A stretch of DNA of 45,829 nucleotides from Candidatus Culexmicrobium thermophilum (GTDB lineage: Archaea; Thermoproteota; Methanomethylicia; Culexarchaeales; B10-G16), in the NCBI GenBank assembly GCA_025061095.1, contig JANZKB010000002.1, positions 1 through 45,829 on the forward strand, in the 5' to 3' direction. Position numbers and translations under genes: made by a program. Shown in pieces: positions 1 to 9,232 of the stretch (positions are counted from its first letter, which is position 1; each line of letters starts with the position of its first letter). Under the pieces are notes generated by a model, which saw only the letters and a list, made by a program, of their open reading frames with translations, ran no database searches and was not told the origin of the DNA.

Positions 1-534
1 TTTGTACTGGACGTTAAGGCTGAAAATACTTCTAAAACTGTGTATTCAGGTGATCTTTCCTCCAGTGATCCCTATGTTACACCTATCAGTGATAGGTTTC
101 CAATTGCAAAATTGGCTTCTGGTCAAACTATCCTCCTAGAGGCCTATGCCAGGCTAGGTAGAGGTAGAGATGGAGCTAAATGGCAACCTGTCTCTGCATG
201 TGCATATAAATATCTTCCAGTTTTAACTGTGAATTCAGAGGCCTGTGCACATTGCGGTGAATGTGTTGAAGCCTGTCCTAGAGGGGCTATAGCTCTAGAT
301 GATGATTCCAGTCTTCCATACCTTAAAGACATTGTTAAATGTAATCTTTGTAAAGCATGTGTTGAGGCCTGTGAGCTGGGAGCATTGGGGCTTCAAGCCG
401 ATGAGCGAAGCTTCATATTCTATGTTGAATCTACAGGTTCTCTCCCCGCTTACAGAATCGTTGAGAAGGCGGCTGAAATATTAGCGGAGAAGTGTGATGG
501 ATTGATTGAAGAACTTAGAGGTGTTTTGAAGTGA
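1..534 (+). CDS. rpoD: DNA-directed RNA polymerase subunit D (Rpo3), 5'-truncated by the window edge, with inserted 2x[4Fe-4S] ferredoxin domain
   Basis: Frame is open from position 1 (FVLDVKAEN...VYSGDL). Motifs [18 protein letters not shown]...AKWQP and [12 protein letters not shown]; two CxxCxxCxxxC motifs; followed by L18e-L13-S9-rpoN. Confidence 0.96.
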   Translation, partial: FVLDVKAENTSKTVYSGDLSSSDPYVTPISDRFPIAKLASGQTILLEAYARLGRGRDGAKWQPVSACAYKYLPVLTVNSEACAHCGECVEACPRGAIALDDDSSLPYLKDIVKCNLCKACVEACELGALGLQADERSFIFYVESTGSLPAYRIVEKAAEILAEKCDGLIEELRGVLK

Positions 535-893
535 AGAGAACTGGACCGATAAACGTTCAAGTTAGAAGGCTTATAAGATTTCTTCGAAAAGCCTCGAACA
601 ATAATGATGCAGATATTTGGAAGGATATTGCTGAAAGGTTGAATGCTCCTAGAAGGAGAAGAATAGAAGTTAATTTGGCTAGAATTCAAAGATATACGGT
701 TAAAGGCGATGTAGTGGTGGTTCCAGGTAAAGTTCTAGGCTGGGGGCTTCTCGACCATCCAGTTACAGTTGCAGCTCTCTCCTTCTCCAAAGAAGCTGCT
801 GAAAAGATTCGGGAAGCTGGAGGAGAATGCATAGATATCTATGAGCTTGTCAAACGTTATCCTAAAGGAAGCAATATAAAGATTTTGGGGTGA
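531..893 (+). CDS. rpl18e: 50S ribosomal protein L18e
   Basis: IW..IAERL..PRRRR.EVNL..I and [10 protein letters not shown] motifs; canonical position after rpoD. Confidence 0.97.
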   Translation: MKRTGPINVQVRRLIRFLRKASNNNDADIWKDIAERLNAPRRRRIEVNLARIQRYTVKGDVVVVPGKVLGWGLLDHPVTVAALSFSKEAAEKIREAGGECIDIYELVKRYPKGSNIKILG

Positions 894-1336
894 GCTTGAT
901 GGATAACCTTCTACTTGTCGATGCCGAGAACATGATCTTCGGGAGACTTGCCAGCATTGTTGCTAAACGTCTGCTGAACGGTGAACGTATAGTTGTAATT
1001 AACGTTGAGAAGGCTGTTCTGTCGGGGAGGAAGAGCAGTGTCCTCAAAGACTTTAAAAGTTTCTTCGAGGTTAAAACTCTCAGAAACCCCGTTAGAGGTC
1101 CCAAGAGGGATCGCTTCCCGGATAGACTTTTCAGGAATGCAGTTAGAGGAATGCTTCCTAAGCATAATTCTAGGGGGTTAGCTGCTTTGAGAAGACTTCG
1201 AGTTTATATAGGTTGCCCAGAGGAGTTTAAAGGTTTGAAGGCTACCCACTTCAGGGAGGCAGATGCTTCAAGGCTTGGTGGAAGTTACATTTATCTGGGT
1301 GATGTTGCTAAGGAGCTTGGTTGGAAGGGGGTGTAA
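890..1336 (+). CDS. rpl13: 50S ribosomal protein L13 (uL13)
   Basis: DAE..I.GRLAS.VAK.LL.GE and P...F...VRGMLP motifs. Confidence 0.97.
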   Translation: MSLMDNLLLVDAENMIFGRLASIVAKRLLNGERIVVINVEKAVLSGRKSSVLKDFKSFFEVKTLRNPVRGPKRDRFPDRLFRNAVRGMLPKHNSRGLAALRRLRVYIGCPEEFKGLKATHFREADASRLGGSYIYLGDVAKELGWKGV

Positions 1337-1340
1337 ATGA

Positions 1341-1745
1341 TTGGTGAAAATATTGATTTCAAGCGGTAAGAGGAAGACCGCTATCGCCAGAGCCACCTTG
1401 AAAAATGGTTCTGGCAGAATTTACATTAATGGTGTTCCAGTGGAGCTTATTGAACCCGAACTTGCAAGATGGAAGATAATGGAACCATTACTGCTTGCCG
1501 GCCTAGATAAAGTTGGAAAAGTTGACATTGAAGTCAATGTTAAAGGTGGAGGTTTCATGGGTCAGGCTGAAGCAGCTAGAATGGCTATTGCTAGAGGTTT
1601 AGTCGCCTGGTTTAAGGATTCAAAATTGGAGAAAAAATTTTTAGAGTATGATAGAACGATGCTTTCAGGGGATCCTAGAAGAACTGAGCCGAAAAAGTTC
1701 GGCGGACCATCAGCTAGAAGAAGATTTCAAAAATCTTATCGATAG
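1341..1745 (+). CDS. rps9: 30S ribosomal protein S9 (uS9)
   Basis: [35 protein letters not shown]...QKSYR. Confidence 0.98.
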   Translation: MVKILISSGKRKTAIARATLKNGSGRIYINGVPVELIEPELARWKIMEPLLLAGLDKVGKVDIEVNVKGGGFMGQAEAARMAIARGLVAWFKDSKLEKKFLEYDRTMLSGDPRRTEPKKFGGPSARRRFQKSYR

Positions 1746-1757
1746 AGGTTGATTGGA

Positions 1758-1982
1758 TTGATGGTTCCTATTAGATGCTTCACCTGCGGTGCTCCCATAG
1801 GCGATAAATATGAGGAATTCCTGAAGCGTGTCAGGAAAGGTGAAGATCCGGGAAAAGTTTTAGATGATCTAGGTATAAAGAGATATTGTTGTAGAAGAAT
1901 GTTTTTAAGCCATGTGGAGCTGATAGACGACGTTATAAAGCTGAGTGAACTTTACGGCGGTAGAAAAGTTAAGGAGGGTTAA
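1758..1982 (+). CDS. rpoN: DNA-directed RNA polymerase subunit N (Rpo10)
   Basis: PIRCFTCG and RYCCRRM zinc ligands. Start moved from 1749 to TTG 1758 (or ATG 1761) to fit the GAGG RBS. Confidence 0.96.
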   Translation: MMVPIRCFTCGAPIGDKYEEFLKRVRKGEDPGKVLDDLGIKRYCCRRMFLSHVELIDDVIKLSELYGGRKVKEG

Positions 1983-1987
1983 ACCAA

Positions 1988-3247
1988 TTGATGTATATTT
2001 CAACTATTATAAGCGATGTGGTTGCAAGAAAGCTTTTCAACAGTCGAGGCGACCCCACTATAAATGTCACAGTCTATACTGAGAGCGGTTTAGGATCCTT
2101 TTCAGCCCCCTCAGGGGCAAGTAAGGGTAGATATGAGGCTGTAGCCTTTCCGCCTGGAGGGGTTGATGAGGCTGTTCGCCTAGTGGATGAACTCATTGCA
2201 CCTGAACTTTTAGGTGTGGATTCTATGGATCAATTTGAGGTTGATGAGACCCTGAAAAGGTTGGACGGTACCTCGAATTTTTCTAAGATAGGAGGATCCA
2301 CAGCTATAGCCGCTTCTGTGGCTTCAGCTAAGGCAGCTGCCTCCTCGCTCGATATTCCCCTATATAAGTATCTTGGTGGCTCCCTCTCCTCTACGCTTCC
2401 ACTTCCACTTGGAAATATTATCGGCGGCGGTAAACATTCCGCTTCAGGTGGATTGGACGTTCAGGAAATTCTGGTTCTCCCCTTGAATGCTGAAAGCTTC
2501 TATGATGCTGCTTTAGCCAATATTCAGGTTTATAAGAGAATTTTGAAGCTTGCACCAAAAGATACAGTTTACGGTAGAAATGATGAAGGTGCATGGATAA
2601 CCACCCTAGATATAACTGCTTCTCTGAAACTTGTTAAAATGGCCTGCGAAGAGGTTTCAGACAAGCTTGGTATACGTTTAGGCATAGGTTTAGATGTTGC
2701 AGCCTCCTCATTTTGGAATTCCAATTCGAATCGATATGTTTACAGTAGGGCTGGTTTAAGCTTGGAGCCTGAGGAACAGTTCAAGTATATACTTAGCTTG
2801 ATCCGCGATTTTAATTTAGTCTATGTTGAGGATCCCTTCCATGAGGATGATTTTGAATCTTTCGCTAGATTGATGGATGAAGTGGAGGATTGTCTAATCT
2901 GTGGAGATGACCTTTTCGTCACCAATGCTGAACGTATAGATTATGGGGCTTCCCTTGGAGCATGCAACTCTGCCATTATAAAGCCAAACCAGGTTGGAAC
3001 CCTTACAGATACAGTGCTAGCTGTTAAAACGGCTAGATCTCATGGGTTTATAACAGTATTCTCTCACAGGTCAGGTGAAACTGTGGATCCCGCCCTTTCA
3101 CATTTAGCTGTGGCGCTTTCATCGCCTATAATTAAATGTGGAGTTATGGGTGGCGAGAGAATTGCAAAGATCAATGAACTTATAAGAATAGAGGAGGATT
3201 TGGATGGTGGTGCAGGTCTCTACAGTTTGGAGGGTGTATTGCTTTGA
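1988..3247 (+). CDS. eno: Enolase (phosphopyruvate hydratase)
   Basis: [41 protein letters not shown] and SHRSGET motifs all present. Confidence 0.96.
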   Translation: MMYISTIISDVVARKLFNSRGDPTINVTVYTESGLGSFSAPSGASKGRYEAVAFPPGGVDEAVRLVDELIAPELLGVDSMDQFEVDETLKRLDGTSNFSKIGGSTAIAASVASAKAAASSLDIPLYKYLGGSLSSTLPLPLGNIIGGGKHSASGGLDVQEILVLPLNAESFYDAALANIQVYKRILKLAPKDTVYGRNDEGAWITTLDITASLKLVKMACEEVSDKLGIRLGIGLDVAASSFWNSNSNRYVYSRAGLSLEPEEQFKYILSLIRDFNLVYVEDPFHEDDFESFARLMDEVEDCLICGDDLFVTNAERIDYGASLGACNSAIIKPNQVGTLTDTVLAVKTARSHGFITVFSHRSGETVDPALSHLAVALSSPIIKCGVMGGERIAKINELIRIEEDLDGGAGLYSLEGVLL

Positions 3248-3864
3248 GTTCTCTTGAATCCGTTGATCTATTAATTCCATTGGAGGTTTATTTGGCGGCT
3301 GGACTGCATATAGGTACGAGGATTAAAAGTAAGGATATGATGCCATTCATATATCGTGTTAGGCCTGACGGCCTCTATGTTTTAGATGTAAAGAAGATCG
3401 ATGAGCGGATTAGACTTGCCGCAAAATTCATCTCACGTTATCCTCCCACCAAAGTTGTCGCCGTTTCTTCTAGACAGTATGGATGGCAACCAGTTGAGAA
3501 ATTTTGCTCCATAATTGGTGGACGGGCAGTTACAGGCAGATTTATTCCAGGCACATTCACCAATCCTAGACTTCCACATTACATTGAACCGGGCATCATA
3601 TTGGTTTCTGATCCGAGGGCTGATGAGCAAGCTGTAGATGAAGCTGCAAAGGTGGGGGTTCCAGTTATAGCTTTATGTGACACTGATAATAGGACAAGCT
3701 ATGTTGAACTTATTATTCCAGTTAACAATAAGGGTAGAAAGGCCTTAGCCTTAACCTATTGGCTTTTGGCTAGACAGGTTTTGAGGGAGAGAGGTGACAT
3801 TCCACCGGACGGTGACATTCCAGTCTCCGTTGAAGAGTTTGAAGCTAAACCCGAAGTTTACTAG
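3244..3864 (+). CDS. rps2: 30S ribosomal protein S2 (uS2)
   Basis: [32 protein letters not shown]. Confidence 0.97.
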   Translation: MSSLESVDLLIPLEVYLAAGLHIGTRIKSKDMMPFIYRVRPDGLYVLDVKKIDERIRLAAKFISRYPPTKVVAVSSRQYGWQPVEKFCSIIGGRAVTGRFIPGTFTNPRLPHYIEPGIILVSDPRADEQAVDEAAKVGVPVIALCDTDNRTSYVELIIPVNNKGRKALALTYWLLARQVLRERGDIPPDGDIPVSVEEFEAKPEVY

Positions 3865-3911
3865 AAGTCTGAAATTAGTTAAATTATTATTTCATCTTTA
3901 CTCTCTATTTA

Positions 3912-4769
3912 GTGGTGACTTATTTGAGGATTAGAGATCCCGTAGTTGCAGGAATGTTCTATGAATATTCTCCTGATTCTTTAAAGCTTCAGATTGAGCA
4001 ATGCTTTAAACATAGGCTTGGACCCGGATTCATTCCTGAAGTTCACGGAGAGTTTAAGGGTTCCCTGCTTGGAGTGGTTTCACCCCATGCAGGCTACATG
4101 TATTCAGGTCCCGTTGCCTCTTGGAGTTTCAAAGCCTTGGCTGAAAATGGAAAACCAGATTCTTTCATAATTATCGGTCCAAACCATTCAGGTGTCGGCG
4201 CTCCTCTCTCAATTCTCCGTGAAGGATGCTGGAGAACTCCTTTAGGAGTTGCTTCAATAGATTCTGAACTTGCCGATGAAATTCTCAGCCACTGTGATCT
4301 TCTCGAAGTGGATTGGACTGCCCATCTATCTGAGCATTCAATTGAAGTTCAACTTCCCTTTCTACAATATTTATTTGGAAATGTTAAATTCGTCCCCATC
4401 TCTATGATGCTTCAGAATTTTGAGGTTTCACGTGCCATAGGTGAAGGATTGGCTGAGACCATTAAGAATAGAAGGGTTACCATTATAGCGTCGACGGATT
4501 TCTCCCATTATGTGCCTTTAAAGCAGGCTGTTGAAGATGATTCCGCTATAATCGAGAAAATTCTCACCTTGGATGCTAAGGGAATGTTCGACGTATTCTA
4601 TTCGAGAAGGGTCTCCATGTGCGGTCCAGGTGTGGTTGCCGCCATGTTGGTTGCATGTAAAATGCTCGGTGCCAGTAGAGGTGTAAAATTGAAGTATGCT
4701 ACTTCAGGCGATGTGACAGGTGATGTTTCCTCAGTAGTTGGATATGCTGCCATAGCCATTTACAGGTGA
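3912..4769 (+). CDS. amrB: MEMO1-family protein (AmmeMemoRadiSam system protein B)
   Basis: VAG.FY, PHAGY.YSG, GPNH, EHS.EVQLPFLQ, ASTDFSHY, MCG, VVGYA. Confidence 0.94.
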   Translation: MVTYLRIRDPVVAGMFYEYSPDSLKLQIEQCFKHRLGPGFIPEVHGEFKGSLLGVVSPHAGYMYSGPVASWSFKALAENGKPDSFIIIGPNHSGVGAPLSILREGCWRTPLGVASIDSELADEILSHCDLLEVDWTAHLSEHSIEVQLPFLQYLFGNVKFVPISMMLQNFEVSRAIGEGLAETIKNRRVTIIASTDFSHYVPLKQAVEDDSAIIEKILTLDAKGMFDVFYSRRVSMCGPGVVAAMLVACKMLGASRGVKLKYATSGDVTGDVSSVVGYAAIAIYR

Positions 4770-4775
4770 ATTTTC

Positions 4776-5744
4776 TTGACATTTCTCGCATCTGCACCTG
4801 CAAAGGTTATACTTTTCGGAGAGCACTTTGTCGTTGAAAATGAACCTGCAATTGCAGCTGCACTGGATCTGAGAGTTGAAGTGTCAGTTAACCTATTGGA
4901 TGAGAAGCGTTTCGAAATAAGATCTGGAAACTTATTCAGCTTCGTCCGCCTCGACGATTTACTCTCCAATCACTACTCCGTAAATCAACATCTCAAACCG
5001 TTATATGTAATTCTCCGCAAAGTCATTGAGAAGTATGGATTTGAAGGCGGTTTAAAATTTATCATTAAAAGTCCTATTCCAATGGGTGTTGGTTTAGGTT
5101 CAAGCGCAGCGGTCTTTGTAGCTTTTTCAGCCGGTTTACTTAAAGCTGTAGCTGGTGAATACGACTTGGAGAAGGTGGTTAAATTGGCATCTGAAGGTGA
5201 GATTCTAGCTCATGGAAGACCCAGCGGGATAGATCCAACGATTTCAGCTAATGGAGGCGTAATCGTCTACCGTAAATCTGAAGGTTTCATCCCCCTCAAG
5301 GCGGCAGTTCCCCTACACTTGGTTATAGGGGTTAGTGGAGAAGTTAGATCGACGGCAACTATGGTTGAAAAAGTTCTCTCATTAAAGAAACGATTTCCAG
5401 AAATATTTGAACCATTATATCATGCTGCTGGACATCTTGCCATTGAAGCTGCAAAAGCCATTGAACGCGGAGATCTAACTTCAATTGGAATGCTTATGAA
5501 TATTAATCATGGTCTTCTCTCTTCATTGGGAGTTTCCACTATGAATCTTGAACGTCTCGTCCATGCTGCTAGAGATGCTGGAGCCTTAGGTGCAAAAATT
5601 ACAGGGGCTGGTGGAGGTGGAGCAATAATCTCAATATGTCCCCAAAATCTATTAGAGACTGTTGCATCTGCCATTAAACGTTCAGGAGGTTTTCCCTTAA
5701 TCTCAAAGGTTTCGGATAGAGGTGTTTCAGTGATTGAAAGGTGA
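4776..5744 (+). CDS. mvk: Mevalonate kinase
   Basis: APAKVILFGEH.VV, GHMP motif P.G.GLGSSAA, HG.PSGID, K.TGAGGGG. Confidence 0.95.
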   Translation: MTFLASAPAKVILFGEHFVVENEPAIAAALDLRVEVSVNLLDEKRFEIRSGNLFSFVRLDDLLSNHYSVNQHLKPLYVILRKVIEKYGFEGGLKFIIKSPIPMGVGLGSSAAVFVAFSAGLLKAVAGEYDLEKVVKLASEGEILAHGRPSGIDPTISANGGVIVYRKSEGFIPLKAAVPLHLVIGVSGEVRSTATMVEKVLSLKKRFPEIFEPLYHAAGHLAIEAAKAIERGDLTSIGMLMNINHGLLSSLGVSTMNLERLVHAARDAGALGAKITGAGGGGAIISICPQNLLETVASAIKRSGGFPLISKVSDRGVSVIER

Positions 5745-6537
5745 ATTAATAATTTTAAAGCTTGGTGGAAGCGTCATCACTTTTAAGAATTCTTTTGAGA
5801 AGGCTAATTTAAAAGTTCTCCGCAGAATTGCAGGTGAGGTGAAGGAAGCAATTGGAGATAAACGTTTAATAATAGTTCATGGTGGAGGCTCCTTCGGCCA
5901 TCCACACGCATATAAATATAAACTTCACTTGGGATTTAGAGCTTCAAGCCAACTGCCAGGAGTACTTGAAACCCATATGGCCATGGAAAAGTTGAACAAA
6001 ATAGTTGTCGAAGAGTTTTCATCTCAAGGGCTTCCGACTTTTCCGTTTCAGGTTTCATCTTCAACTTTAACATCTAATGGGGAGATCGATCTCTTCCCGT
6101 TAAATCCATTGAGAAGAATGATTGAACTTGGAATTATACCTATTCTCTATGGGGATGTAGTGTTCGATAGACAGCTTGGTTTCTGCATTCTTTCAGGGGA
6201 CAAAATATGCTCCTTTCTGGCAGTCTTCCTTAAAGCTTCAAAGCTCATCTTCATCTGCGATGTTGACGGCGTATATGATTCGAATCCTAAACTTAAATCT
6301 CCCTCAAAATTCTATGATAAATTATCTCTAGATGAATTGAAACTTTTACTTAGAAAGTTTAAATCTTTCTCCAGCAGTTTAGATGTAACGGGAGGCTTCT
6401 ACGGCAAGTTGGTCGAAGCCTCTAAAGCAGTGGAGAAAGGGGTGAACGTTCTAATAGTCAACGGTTTATTTCCTGGAAGAGTTTCAGCTGCAATTAGAGG
6501 TGTAGACTTTATTGGAACAAGGATTTCAGTTAAATAG
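5734..6537 (+). CDS. ipk: Isopentenyl phosphate kinase (amino acid kinase family)
   Basis: KLGGSVIT.K, VHGGGSFGH, I.SGD, DVTGG; lies between mvk and fni. Confidence 0.93.
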   Translation: MKGELIILKLGGSVITFKNSFEKANLKVLRRIAGEVKEAIGDKRLIIVHGGGSFGHPHAYKYKLHLGFRASSQLPGVLETHMAMEKLNKIVVEEFSSQGLPTFPFQVSSSTLTSNGEIDLFPLNPLRRMIELGIIPILYGDVVFDRQLGFCILSGDKICSFLAVFLKASKLIFICDVDGVYDSNPKLKSPSKFYDKLSLDELKLLLRKFKSFSSSLDVTGGFYGKLVEASKAVEKGVNVLIVNGLFPGRVSAAIRGVDFIGTRISVK

Positions 6538-6563
6538 CTCTTCTACCCCCTTAATTATGTTGA

Positions 6564-7676
6564 TTGGTGATCAGTTTGATACGTGAAAGAAAGCTAAGCC
6601 ACCTTGAAATATGCTTGAAGAAGCATGTCTCGTTTAGAAATATTTCAACCGGTTTCGACGACATATTTCTAATTCACAATTCTCTCCCCGAATTCGACTT
6701 GGAAGATATAGATCTACAGGTTGAATTCTTCGGACATAAATTTAATGCTCCCATAATCATTTCAGCCATGACTGGTGGAAGCGAATTATCCTATAAGGTT
6801 AACCGTGCTTTAGCACTTGCAGCTGAACGTTTAGGTATAGGGATGGGTGTTGGAAGTCAGAGAATCGCCTTGGAGAGGCCTGAGCTCTCCTATACATTCT
6901 CCATTGTAAGGGAGTCTGCTCCAAACATATTTGTTATGGGTAATATTGGAGCCGCCCAGTTCTCTTTGAAATATGGCTTAGATGAAGCTTTTAAGGCTGT
7001 TGAAATGGTGGATGCTGACGCCTTGGCAGTCCATCTCAACCCCCTTCAGGAGGCTGTTCAACCTGAAGGTGAACCGTTCTATGATGGCGTTCTAGAAAAG
7101 TTAAAGCTTCTTTCCTCTTCATTGAAGCTTCCCATAATTGCAAAGGAGACTGGCTCCGGAATCTCCGGCGAGGTTGCAGCTAAACTTGAAAAGGTAGGCA
7201 TTTCAGGAGTGGATGTTGGAGGTGCAGGTGGAACAAGTTGGGCCGCCGTTGAATATTATCGCTCCTTGGAGGCTGGAGATTTATCCCATGCAAGTCTAGC
7301 TGAACTCTTCTGGGATTGGGGTATTCCAACAGCCATCAGCATATGTGAAGTTTCATTTCACACTAATCTGCCCATCATCGCTACTGGTGGTGTTAGATCT
7401 GGAATCGATATAGCTAAAGCTTTAGCTCTTGGAGCTTCCCTTGCAGGTATAGCTCTACCTCTACTTAAACCTGCAGTTGAGAATGGTGTGAAGGGAGTTT
7501 TATCTTATCTGGAAAGGTTGATCAACGAGTTGAAAGTTGCAATGTTCCTTGTAGGTGCTAGAAGAATAGCGGATTTGAAGAGAATTCCGTTGATTATAGG
7601 CGGCTTCACTGGAAACTGGTTGAAGCTTAGAGGTATCAGTTTAGAAGAATATGCTAGGAGAGGTGGAAAACTTTAA
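6564..7676 (+). CDS. fni: Type 2 isopentenyl-diphosphate delta-isomerase (FMN-dependent)
   Basis: RK..HL, AMTGG, GVGSQR, HLNPLQE..QPEG, KETG.G, GGTSW, WGIPT. Confidence 0.96.
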   Translation: MVISLIRERKLSHLEICLKKHVSFRNISTGFDDIFLIHNSLPEFDLEDIDLQVEFFGHKFNAPIIISAMTGGSELSYKVNRALALAAERLGIGMGVGSQRIALERPELSYTFSIVRESAPNIFVMGNIGAAQFSLKYGLDEAFKAVEMVDADALAVHLNPLQEAVQPEGEPFYDGVLEKLKLLSSSLKLPIIAKETGSGISGEVAAKLEKVGISGVDVGGAGGTSWAAVEYYRSLEAGDLSHASLAELFWDWGIPTAISICEVSFHTNLPIIATGGVRSGIDIAKALALGASLAGIALPLLKPAVENGVKGVLSYLERLINELKVAMFLVGARRIADLKRIPLIIGGFTGNWLKLRGISLEEYARRGGKL

Positions 7677-7710
7677 ATTTAAGGTTTGCAGTTTTTGTGG
7701 AGGTGCTTCA

Positions 7711-8718
7711 ATGGGGTTTAAAGATTCTTTGGAAAGGTGTAAAATTCTCGTAAACTCATATATTGACAATGTTCTTGATGAAAATTTAAAGCCTTATAGC
7801 CTCTACGACGCTGCAAGACATTTAATTAAAGCAGGTGGAAAGAGGCTTAGACCATTTCTCGTCATAGAGTCCTGTAAATTGGTTAATGGAGATGAATATT
7901 CAGTTTTACCTGCCGCTGTAGCCGTCGAGCTCATACATAACTTCACACTTGTCCATGACGATATAATGGATGAGGATGAACTTCGCCGCGGGGTTCCCAC
8001 AGTCCACATTCTGTGGAATGTTCCTTTAGCCATTCTGGCTGGAGACCTTCTTTTCTCCAAAGCTTTTGAAGTTCTATTCGAATGCTGCAAGACTCCTTCA
8101 GTCTCTCCGGAAAGAGTTCTTGAAGCTGCTGCGAGAATAGCCTCTTCAGTAAGTCTTCTCGCTGAAGGACAAGCAATGGACGTAGATTTTGAAGGTAGAT
8201 TGTTGAAGTCTGGTGTAAGTGAAGAGGAGTATTTGAACATGATCTATAGGAAGACCGCTGTTCTCATGAGGGCTTCATGTGAAGTTGGCGCTCTAATTGG
8301 AGGTGGATGCAAAGAAGCTGTGAATGCTCTGGCAAGATATGGCGAGAATATTGGAATGGCCTTCCAGATGCGCGACGACCTTTTAGGAGTGATAGGCAAA
8401 GAAGAGGAATTAGGTAAACCCGTGGGAAGTGATTTAAGGGAGGGTAAATGCACTTTAATCTTCATTCATGCATTTAACAATGCTAGCAGCTCTCAAAAAC
8501 GCTTATTATCTAAATATTATGGTAGAAAGTCTATTTCTAAAATGGATCTCGAATCTGTAGTGAAGGTTTTAAGGGAAACCGGATCAATAGATTATGTTGC
8601 TTCTCTCGCTAAAAGATACGTTTCCATAGCTAAGGAAGCTCTTTTAAAATTTGATGAATGTGAAGCTAAAAATAATCTGTTGGAACTGGCTGATTACATC
8701 GTTGTTAGAACTTTTTGA
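7711..8718 (+). CDS. Geranylgeranyl diphosphate / polyprenyl synthase
   Basis: GGKRLRP, FTLVHDDIMD, RRG.PT.H, GQAMD, KTA, FQ.RDDLL. ATG 7711 has a GGAGGTG RBS, so it is preferred over 7651. Confidence 0.93.
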   Translation: MGFKDSLERCKILVNSYIDNVLDENLKPYSLYDAARHLIKAGGKRLRPFLVIESCKLVNGDEYSVLPAAVAVELIHNFTLVHDDIMDEDELRRGVPTVHILWNVPLAILAGDLLFSKAFEVLFECCKTPSVSPERVLEAAARIASSVSLLAEGQAMDVDFEGRLLKSGVSEEEYLNMIYRKTAVLMRASCEVGALIGGGCKEAVNALARYGENIGMAFQMRDDLLGVIGKEEELGKPVGSDLREGKCTLIFIHAFNNASSSQKRLLSKYYGRKSISKMDLESVVKVLRETGSIDYVASLAKRYVSIAKEALLKFDECEAKNNLLELADYIVVRTF

Positions 8719-8722
8719 GTTG

Positions 8723-9232
8723 ATGCTGTTGAAGATTTCCAGGCTTTTCTATAGAACTTCAATCGATTTCATCGATGATCTCATCGTAAACGGCAAAGTT
8801 ACTGTTAGACTTCTAGTTAGAAGGAATAACTCCATCTCCATTCATCATCCAGGGGACGAATTTAAATTTTCAGGTGGCACAATATATGTTCAAGGAGTTT
8901 ATGATAATTATCTCCGCCTGATAGATCTTGAAGCAGGATCTATAAGGGAGGATGCCTGCATAATTTCAGATAATATGGCGATCTTTCTATATAAAGGGGA
9001 GAAAATCCTATTGGTTGAAGTTTCAGGTAGAAAGGTGGTTCCCTTGGTGAAGCTGGGTGAGAAGATTTCTTCAGGTTCCAAGCTAGCCATGATCTTTACA
9101 GGTAAAAGAGAAGTTAGATATTATCGTTCAGACACGTCTGGAATAGTTTTCTATTATTCTCAGATTGATAATAAACCTGAAAAATATCTCTTTGCTTTAT
9201 CTCCACATGTAGAGGTGATCCACATTGAATAA
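8723..9232 (+). CDS. DUF2118-like protein with C-terminal biotinyl/lipoyl-like barrel-sandwich domain
   Basis: V..GE.I..G..LA.I.TGK.EVR..RS..SG.V pattern. Start set to ATG 8723, just after the GGPPS stop. Confidence 0.75.
   Translation: MLLKISRLFYRTSIDFIDDLIVNGKVTVRLLVRRNNSISIHHPGDEFKFSGGTIYVQGVYDNYLRLIDLEAGSIREDACIISDNMAIFLYKGEKILLVEVSGRKVVPLVKLGEKISSGSKLAMIFTGKREVRYYRSDTSGIVFYYSQIDNKPEKYLFALSPHVEVIHIE

Noticed and set aside
1983..1987. No tRNA or rpoK between rpoN and eno
   Set aside because: That arrangement is typical of euryarchaea and varies widely; its absence is unremarkable in a TACK-like genome.
3793..3822. 12-bp direct repeat GGTGACATTCCA x2 near the end of rps2
   Set aside because: Small in-frame duplication encoding [10 protein letters not shown] in a variable tail; no sign of a regulatory or mobile role.
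3912..8718. MEMO1 protein followed by mvk-ipk-fni-GGPPS inside a ribosomal operon
   Set aside because: Well-known conserved archaeal gene order.
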